Of a stretch of DNA of 64,000 nt, positions 53,103-64,000 are shown in pieces. The stretch covers positions 84,552,676 through 84,616,675 of the forward strand of contig NC_068987.1 of the NCBI RefSeq assembly GCF_001194135.2. Direction: 5' to 3'. The first letter of the stretch is position 1. Every line of letters begins with the position of its first letter. Both the position numbers and the translations under genes were made by a program. The notes beneath the pieces are model-generated. The model had not been told where the DNA came from. It worked only from the letters and a program-made list of their open reading frames with translations, and did not search any database. This stretch comes from Octopus bimaculoides (Eukaryota).

Positions 53103-53472
53103 AACAAGGGCACTCAGAGAGCCCAAACCGTGCCAAAGCAACATCAAAGTCCTCTTAACGATTAGCCAGAGAGGATTTTAAAAGTGAAAATATCTAAAAT
53201 AAACTCGACTGCTCTCACAAACGAGAATATTAAAAATGAACCCGACCGCTCTCAGAAATTAACTAAAAAGACAGGGAAAATAATCCAGAACCCTTGCCCA
53301 GTACCGGATTGATCTCAAAATCGAATCAGTTCGTGCCAGTCACGAGGCCAAATATCCATGAAAGTTTCATCCAAATGCATCCAGTGGTTCTTGAGATGTC
53401 TTGTCCACGGACGAACAAACAAACAAACACGACTGAAAACAATACTTCCGCCTTTGCTAAGGCAGAGGTAAT
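53103..53472 (+). mobile_element. HINE/DINE-like non-autonomous element (copy 2)
   Basis: Homologous to 33435-33798; ends acttccgcctt-tgct-aaggcagaggt (3' hairpin) after an (ACAA)n tract. Confidence 0.55.
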
Positions 53473-54184
53473 AAATATACACAATTCTGAAGTTTGGAGT
53501 TCTTAAATCAAAACAAAATATTCACTTTAAATGAGAGATAATGAGTGAAAAACGGTTTTCTCAATGGAATGTATTTGAAAGCAACCAACGTTCTTATACT
53601 GGACCATGTGCAACAACGGTATGCCATCGAAAAACATATATACCAACAGATACAAATACGACGATAATTTATTTTCAAACACATAAACACTGAGAGATAT
53701 AAGTAATACGAATGCAAAATCTGACTGGAGGTCTGTGTGGCCACAATATGAACTGGAATAGAATTTGACCAAATTATTAGAGTATTTGATTAGAGACTTG
53801 TAAACAGATTCGCAAATTGGAAACGTATTGACATGGACGATGTTTACACTTAATTGTGATTTTTATTTGACATGCTGGTTATCCAGATGATTGAAGCTTC
53901 GATTCAGCTCTCGAGAATAACCTTTGCCATGTCCCCAATTAGTCTCTTTCTTTCACTACACTGACGATGTGAAGAAGAGGCCAATTTAATTATTGTTTGC
54001 TTCAGCATTTATCTTTCCATAAAATACGAACAAACATACACACGCAAGTATGTTCATACATATATAGATACATACGTACGTACATGCATATATACATACA
54101 TACATACATACACACATACATACACACATACATGCATACATACATGCATACATACATATATACATATATGCATATATACATATA

Positions 54185-54224
<40 letters not shown>

Positions 54225-54405
54225 NNNNNNNNNNNNNNNNNNNNNNNNNNNNNNNNNNNNNNNNNNNNNNNNNNNNNNNNNNNNNNNNNNNNNNNNNNNN
54301 NNNNNNNNNNNNNNNNNNNNNNNNNNNNNNNNNNNNNNNNNNNNNNNNNNNNNNNNNNNNNNNNNNNNNNNNNNNNNNNNNNNNNNNNNNNNNNNNNNNN
54401 NNNNN

Positions 54406-54447
<42 letters not shown>

Positions 54448-56231
54448 TACACTCACACACACACACGCACACACACGTATAGAGAGATAGATAGAGAGAC
54501 AGACATACAGGCAGACAGATACGTTGATAGTTAAGATAGATAGATAGAGAGAGAGGGGGGAATCAAATATCAAATCAAATACAAGAACAAAAAATGTAAT
54601 GTTAACAGTTAATATAAAGTTGACCTTGGAAATTGTTCGTTAGAAGTGAAACGAATTGTATTCCTTAAAAGCTACCTGATCAGTACCTTCTTAACGAGAG
54701 CGTTCTCAAAAATAAGAACTTGAGGTGAAAAAACCGACCCTATAGTTTGATCTTTTTTATTTCCAGGGGACTGGATAGATTGATGATCGTAGACTGCTTT
54801 CGATACATTGATGCATTTTATCAAATCCGTGGAGTGCTCAAATATATGGATATATAATCGAAATTTTTTACATGAATAGCTGAAAGAAAGTTCTTAGAGA
54901 CTCAAACGACCCCCACGGCTTTAGGCACCAACTTCGAAATTCCCTGCTTCGTAGAACCTGTTAATGTCATGTATTCAGTAATAACATCTCCCCACTCGAC
55001 TAGGTCAGTGCAGTATTTTTTCAAAAGTGATTCGTTACTGGACATTCCAAGATGAGAGTCCATTTAATCTGTAGATAAATCTATGGTCGTTGATCTTGAT
55101 TGGCTAATATAAAAGGCCAGTCTGGATAAGTGTATCGGAAAATCGAAAAGTAGGCTCAACTAAGATATGCGAAAGTAGATTTAAACGTTAATTGTTTGCC
55201 TGAAAGCTGGAAAAGCATATCTTTCATTCCTACAATGCCAAGGACATATGCAGCTCAAGACCAGATTTTATACTCTAAAAATATCTCAAAATGTTTATAA
55301 CGTGAATGCCAAATATCAAAATAAAATACCATGAAAAATTTCATCGGTAGAGTGTGTATATATGTGTGCGTGTGTGTGTGTGTCCATATTTCCACTTAGC
55401 CAAAAGTGGAGAAGCAACAACCTTTTGTTACAAGCTTTCTGATATTAGCTATACTGGAATATGCATACACACACAAACATACGTACCCACTCAGTAGCTA
55501 CTTATATTCCTTTGACAATATGTAAATATTATCAAATTAAGATACACAACAAATATTACGAACAGGCAATTAGGAGAAACTCTTATTCTAAATGACCAAG
55601 TCGTAATACTCTTGAATGTTTGTATATAAACTGATTATAAAATTAAATATATTTACTATTATTAAAAATGAATTAGCAAGAAATGTATTTCTATCAATAT
55701 TAAACCAGTAACAGTAGAAGTTTGCAGTAAAGGATGTTGAAGAATTCTGAAAATGCAAAGACTTGGAAAGAGAAGAAAAGCATATGCGAGGTGGTAATAT
55801 AAGTTCTCTCTTAATGGAAGCATTACAAGCAGTTAAAGGGAAGATTTTCAAAAGAAAATAAATTTAAATTACATGTTGCAAGAGAAATCGCATTTTTACC
55901 AGGAAAAGAAACATTGAAGAAATATAATATTTGTGATTTTTAGCACAAACAAAGACCTTGTTTTTCCCCAGAAGGAGCCATCGATCAAGTTATCCTGTAT
56001 TTGACTTCCACATAGTTCATTTCAATCCGGAAGGATGATAAAACTACAAATTGTTCTTGTGTTCAGACTTCGCTTGGAACGTACAACTCCCTGAGTAACA
56101 GCCGTAGGGACTTCTGTCTACCGCTCTAGAAATCCTTCTATCATGGACAATGACAATATCGATTATGACGATTATAATCTAGTTAAAAGCTTGATATCGG
56201 TATATTATGGTGAAACTATTAAAATCAGGTA

Positions 56232-56331
56232 GTGTCTTGGGAGGATCATTACACCAATAACAATAACACACTCACTGGATCAATATCACCTCGTTGTTGC
56301 TTTTATTGCCGTAATGACCCTCTCAAGACAC
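56232..56331. repeat. Imperfect 100-nt hairpin
   Basis: gtgtcttgggaggatcattac / gtaatgaccctctcaagacac pair at 20 of 21 positions including one G-U; the inner region is partly complementary. Confidence 0.7.
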
Positions 56332-58285
56332 AACATGGATGTTTTTCAACACAGGAGTTCACATCCAGAATCTTAGAAACATAATACAAAAGAGAAGTAT
56401 AAAAATCAGTTTAAACTATTATTTGATGACTACTGATTCTTGTTTTGCCGAAACTAGAAAGAATAAAAGTAGTAAGATGTTGTTGCAATATTATTGTAGA
56501 GTGACCGAAATATTAACATATGTTAGAAATTTATTTGTTCAGCCAAGTGATTTCAAGTTGTCCATTCATACTTGAATGCAGTCTTAAATGATTTTCCAAA
56601 TATCAAAACTGTATGAACCGAAATATTATTACACAACCATCTCCTTGAGTATGATTATCCTATTGATAATTTCTTACACTACAATTGCGATACAACTCTT
56701 CTCTTATATATAAAAAATAAACAAGAGCGTCAGTAAGAAAGCAAGGAAGAAGCTGACTGATTTTATCAAGACATTTGAAAGCTATGAACCAACGAGGGTG
56801 TCCCTTAGTGGCTGTCCGACCAGCTGGAGACATCAGCTAAATTCTCCTTATATCATATTCTATCCATTTAAAGAAAGGAATAAAAGAAAAACAGTTGCCA
56901 ATGTCGTCGAAGATATAAAGGATTTCATGAGGATGGCCACGTTTGGTACGTCATTTATATAAGTCTCTAACATCAGGTTTGGCATATTTTCAAAGAGAAT
57001 CAGGAAAAAGAAGCAGAATATTAAATACATTGCCCTGCAATTAAGCTTAATGTCTGAGATTAGGTACAAAGTGTAAAGAAGGGTTATGGAGACGTCGGGT
57101 GTTATGAGGGTTTTCGATTCTTGTGAGACATGAATATTTATATTTAACATATTAAACATATATATTTAAATATTTCTGGGTCGAAATTAGAATATGAGTA
57201 GGACATATGTTATTAGTAAGCAGAAACATAACAGGATGTGTGCCAATATCCAATAAAATGTCATTACGTAAGACCTCGCCCTTTCAGAAAATTCTATCAA
57301 ATCATTTAACACTGCAGACAAGACACAATTTCACTCGTCTACTAATATATTAAATCATACACATAGTGGATGGGATAGCATAACGATATACATCTTATAA
57401 ACAACTGCGCAAATTTGCTTCTGTTTCTTTAAATAAAGTATTGTTTTTGTTTTAATCAAAGAAAAAAAATGGTGAGGGAGTGTTTTTAAATAGCCGTTCG
57501 GTGAAAGAGGACGTTGAGCTATTTAATGCTTTTTGATTTGTTAAGGAAGGTCTTTGACAGTTCTGTTGTAACTGCGTACGAATAAGACAGGGCATCCTGT
57601 GAGCATGTATATGAGCGTTTGTCAGTCATATAACGAATTTTATGGATAGATTTTGAATGTACGCTTGTGAAGGTCTCTTCACAACTAAATGACATTCAGT
57701 TCAATCCAACAATGCACCTATGATTTTTAACATATCCGCGGAAGCTCACACAAGGAAAGAAGGACGTTTTCTTTAGAGGGAAGATCTATTCCTAATGCAT
57801 ACAATTTCTGTCTGCTTAGTTTCAGGCATTTGGGGTCGATTTAACCGATGCATTCTTCCCTCAGGATTCCTGCCCCGCCTCTATGCTAGAAACTATTGGT
57901 TATATACATCAATGATATAGGAACGTATGTGAACATATTGTAATATGTTTACGTTTCATGGGAGAAAAATGTATTTGGCGACACAGAGAAAATAAAGAGA
58001 ACAATTGTGTAACGTTGGATTACTCACAACTTATACAGAATTAAAAACTTTGATAATAAATAAGTATATAACAAAATAGAGAACCAGGATGGTAATTGGT
58101 CTGATAAACAATTATGACTATTTATTTGGCATATCGTGGAGAAACGAAAAAACCAAATCAGCAATGAAGGGAGATGAAATGGAATCAGTATGGTAAAGGA
58201 CGTGAGAAAATAAAGCGAGGTATATTGGGAAATAGCGTCAGAATCGGGAAAGAAAATACCGATAATGGTATTATTGATAATAGAT

Positions 58286-58339
58286 ATGATGATGATGATG
58301 ATGATGATGACGATGATGATGGTGGTGATGGTGATGGTT

Positions 58340-58389
<50 letters not shown>

Positions 58390-58412
58390 GATGATGATGA
58401 TGATAGTGATGG

Positions 58413-58447
<35 letters not shown>

Positions 58448-58573
58448 GTGACGACAACGACGAGGACAACGGCAGCAATGAGGATAATGATTAAGAACCG
58501 GATAATAGTGTTGATAATGTTATGAATAATTTGATGATGCAGATTATCTGACGACGGCGACGACGACGACGAC

Positions 58574-58606
<33 letters not shown>

Positions 58607-58666
58607 AACGACGCCGACGATGACGAAGATGAAGATGATGACGATGATATTGATGATGATGATGAT
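58286..58666. repeat. (GAT)n/(GAC)n arrays just inside the intron donor
   Basis: Two arrays at about 58286-58446 and 58550-58666. Confidence 0.95.
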
Positions 58667-58698
58667 GGCTATAACGAGACGATTTCAAAGAAGACTTA

Positions 58699-60009
<1,311 letters not shown>

Positions 60010-61086
60010 TTAATCGTTGATTGTTGGGTCCAGTTCGGTGAAGCGTTAAATGCCCATTTTGTACACACTGCTGTTTCAAGTAAAAAGTTTAGTAAATCCA
60101 TATATTCTTCTTAAAGTGTCATTATCTTATACACACGTAAGCAATGTGATCAACTGGTAAAGCTATAACTTAAAAAGAAAGAAAAAAGAAAGCCTCCGTC
60201 ATGTTACAGCATATAGAGGCATGTGCAGAAAAAAGAAAATGACCTGTTCTAGTTTATGACGTGATAACTAACTACTAATAATAAATATATATTACTTGGA
60301 GACAGCTCTCGGAAATGCCGTAGGTGTGTCTGAGCATATCGATAATTGTTTGTTAGATTAGTTATCTCTTGTCACTTGTCACGTTAAATTTCTGAGTTTC
60401 TAATGGAGAGAAAAAAAAATCATATTTACAAAAAAAATTATATTAAAAGAAAACAAACAAAGTATTTATGATACAATAAAATTACTTCCGGTGATTCGAT
60501 CTGACATGTTACTTCAGATATGACGATTTTTTTTGTTTTTTAAATTTCCATGTGACTGGTTCTTTTTATCTCAATCAGACGTTCATCTCCTCTCAGTGCC
60601 TCGATTTATTTTATATAATATTCGTCTTAATAACTCTGTTTCCTTCATTCTGTATTTTTCTCCTGTGACAAACTCATTCGTTCAAACCTCCAAAATGTAC
60701 AATACTGTTCGCAAAATTGCAATGCATACCTTCACACAGGTAGTCAGATTGACAAAACACTATCAATGTTCAAAATAAACTTAGAGACATACCTGTAGCA
60801 GTTTTATAATAATCGCATTCACTACTCACTTTCTTTCAAAGTACTTGTGTATACTTTCTTCAACGTCCTTTCTTTTCTCCAAGTTTGCAATTTTGTTCCT
60901 TAAATTCTACCAGCTGCTGTTTAGTATCCATCCTCATATTCTCCTTTCTGTTACTTTTATCACGTTTTTATTATTATCATGAGTTTGGTATCCGAATTCG
61001 GTCCATTGAAGTGGTAGATTTGATCCACTAACCTCTTTCCCGAAATTATTTGGCCTTCAACCTATGTTAAAAGGGATTATTATTAC

Positions 61087-61149
<63 letters not shown>

Positions 61150-61674
61150 CCGTAATGCAATGTTTAAAATACTAGAAATATTATCATCCACCTTTCATTT
61201 CCAACCATCTGGGTACTTCGGTATATATATATATTTCTAAAGTAGAAAACAGTATTTATTTAGTTATTATTTTTTTTTTTAATTCTTTTCAGTCATTTCT
61301 GAGCATAACGCTCGTTTCTTTTCTTTGATATTTATCTCCACTACAACTTAATTATGAATTAAATGAAATTAGATGTCATTCATACTTATATTGTAAATCG
61401 TGTTAAATTCGAAGGAGCGAATTATCTTGTATATATAAACAAAACTGTAATTATAATCTTTGTGATAATTACAAAGATTATCACGAAAAAACAAATGAAT
61501 TATTAACTGTAAAAGAACTAAAAAGAGTATAGCACCAATTGCAGTAGCAGTATTATTGTTAATCTTCGAAAATGTTGTACCTTTACAGCAGGTAAACTTT
61601 CACTTCTTTTGTCGATTAGTTTTCTGTGTGATATATACACTTGTATTTGTGAACAAACGAGCAGTGTATAAGAA

Positions 61675-61710
<36 letters not shown>

Positions 61711-62556
61711 ATGTGCGTATGTGTGTGTGTTTGTATATATATGTGTGTACGGAGGTATTATATATTTATGTATATATGTATGCATGTATGTATGTATGTA
61801 TGTATGTATGTATGTGCGTGTGTATGTTAGTGTGTGTGTATGTAAAATATATGGAGTGTATATATTACAAGTTTTAAATTCGAACAAAAATAATCGCCTT
61901 TGAAAAATTCTAGCAGTAGTTACAGGTAATCTTGAAGCTTATGTTGTTGTGATGCATGTTATCTTTCTCTCACAACACAGTTTCTTTTTTCAGCAAAGTC
62001 TATCTCTGTATATTTTCATATTGTTTTTTGTGTCCACGTAACTCTAGTTTCTCTGTACTTTTTCCTTCATCCACATAATTTCACAACGTTCGCGCATTGT
62101 AATCTGTCCACTATGAAGCAACAGCGCTACGCTCTACACTTCGCTGCATGCTTTTCTACTTCTAACTACCTCTAGTAAAAACACAACTTGTTGGTTGTAG
62201 TTCCTGATTTCTTCCGTCTTTCCGTCTTTCCGAATTGCTCGCTCGTGTAAAATCCACAACGTTGTATCTGTTGCTACTCAACTCTCCAGCAGCTTCCACC
62301 TCATCATTCATTTACATAAACTCTTCATGACATTGTTTTTCATTTTCCTTCTTCCTTTATTCGTTCTAATGTATTTATAGATTAGCAAATCATTTGTTTT
62401 TCTTGCTTTTTAATTCATTTATTTATTTATTTATTTTATCTTCTCTTTCATCGACCGCATTTTACTATCATTCTTACTATCAGCGCCCATCTAATCTCTC
62501 CGTTTCTCGCCTTCTCTATCTACCTATACAAATGTTTTCACCTCAGGAACAAAACA

Positions 62557-62557
<1 letters not shown>

Positions 62558-62647
<90 letters not shown>

Positions 62648-63262
62648 CGTTCTCTCTCACTAACACACATTCTCCTACTTTCACTTTCACTTTCCAGCTA
62701 TAACTATTTCTCTCTCTCTCTCTCTCATAAAACGTTTCATAAAACACAGCTCTCTTTGTCTTTCTTTCTCCTCCTCTCTCTCTTTATCTCTCTCTTTCTC
62801 TCAACTTTCCTTTACGTTTTACATCTACTTCCCTTACAAGTTTTTTTCTCTCTCTCTCTCCCCTACTCTTACCACGCTCTCACCTTCTCTCTCTCCTTTT
62901 AAATATGGACACATTCTAATAGGCTGGTCATTAATGGAATATGTTCATACTAAATAAAACTAAAAGAAAAATAGGCACACCCACTCCCAATCCCACTCCT
63001 ATCGCCACGTGTTTCAGCTGCTTTCATAATTCGTTTAATTAATTACTTTATTCCTGTATATTTGCATTAGTACCTTCAGTAGCATTATCATTCGTATCAT
63101 GGACATTACTTGTACTACTACAACAACTTTAAGTAGTAGTAGTAGTAGTAGCAGCAGAAAAAGTAGTAATGATTTGTTAAATCAGCATAAGACTTCAAAG
63201 AAGAGAGAGAGAGGGGGTAAGAGAGATGGAAAGAGAGAAGGAGAGAGAGAGAGAGAGAGTGC

Positions 63263-63295
<33 letters not shown>

Positions 63296-63332
63296 AGNNN
63301 NNNNNNNNNNNNNNNNNNNNNNNNNNNNNNNN

Positions 63333-63388
<56 letters not shown>
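62558..63388. repeat. (CT)n, (CA)n and (GA)n tracts upstream of the HS3ST exon
   Basis: Directly visible. Confidence 0.9.
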
Positions 63389-63390
<2 letters not shown>

Positions 63391-63521
63391 ATAATCAATG
63401 ATGGAACCGAACTGGTGTTTATTTTGGTGACATATCATGGTATATAAAAGTCAAAGTCAATACTAACAGGACTTGAAATCGCAACCTAAAGATATGTAGC
63501 TAACTGATATAAATAAATCTA

Positions 63522-64000
63522 GGCGCAGCCATGGCTGTGTGGTTAAGAAGCTCACTTTGCAACCATCTTAGTTCGGGTTCTGTTCCACTGCACAGCAACT
63601 TGGTCAAGTGTCTTCTGCTGTAGACACGGATTTACAACGCTCTGTAGGTGAATTCGGTAGGCGGTAACCTGTTGAAGTTTATCGCATCTATATTTATACC
63701 TATGTATGCATGTATGTATGTATGTACGTATGTACGTATGTATGAATGCATGCATGCACGCATGTATGTATGTATGTATGTATGTATCTATCTATCTATT
63801 ATCTGTGTGTGTGTACATGTTTGTCTATTGGGGTTTATCTTCGCCCCACAGCTTCTCAGCTACATGATTCCGGCTTCAGTCCCACTGCATGGCACCTCGG
63901 GCTGACCAAGACTTTGTGACTGTATCTGGTAGGCGGAAACTGAAAGAAGTCCGTCGTATATATATACACACACATATATAAATATATATATATATAAATA
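63522..64000 (+). mobile_element. Two adjacent SINE family A copies (63522-~63850; ~63855 to window end)
   Basis: Head ggctgtgtggttaagaagc...ttggtcaagtgtcttctgct; the second copy has cagtcccactgcatggcacc...ggaaactgaaagaagtccgtcg. Confidence 0.7.

Noticed and set aside
62000-63100. HS3ST promoter or 5' UTR exon (CACGTG, CCAAT, CT/GA tracts)
   Set aside because: Short motifs are expected by chance and there is no transcript evidence for the start site.

Overview
AT-rich, microsatellite- and SINE-dense eukaryotic genomic DNA with ten N-gaps. The repeat content suggests a coleoid cephalopod, probably Octopus (inference). Only one host gene is supported: the first coding exon of a type II membrane heparan sulfate 3-O-sulfotransferase (HS3ST, HS3ST2/3/4/6-like) on the minus strand (60006-58700). 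It ends at a GTAAGT donor, and the following intron extends past the left edge of the window (>58.7 kb). The intron contains two abundant tRNA-derived SINE families, a CR1/L2-like LINE 3' end, a hAT MITE with an 8-bp TSD, a mariner remnant, two HINE-like elements, a 5.8S rRNA-like copy abutting a SINE, and several long hairpins. The most interesting signal is two families of small elements carrying minimal type I hammerhead-ribozyme folds of the Penelope-like (PLE) kind. Family C joins a tRNA-like Pol III head to a hammerhead tail, and three of its four copies carry an inverted second tail copy inside 11-14 bp TSDs. Family D has a hammerhead fold with a recurrent A6->U core change. Repeat family names are from memory; no database searches or folding programs were run.
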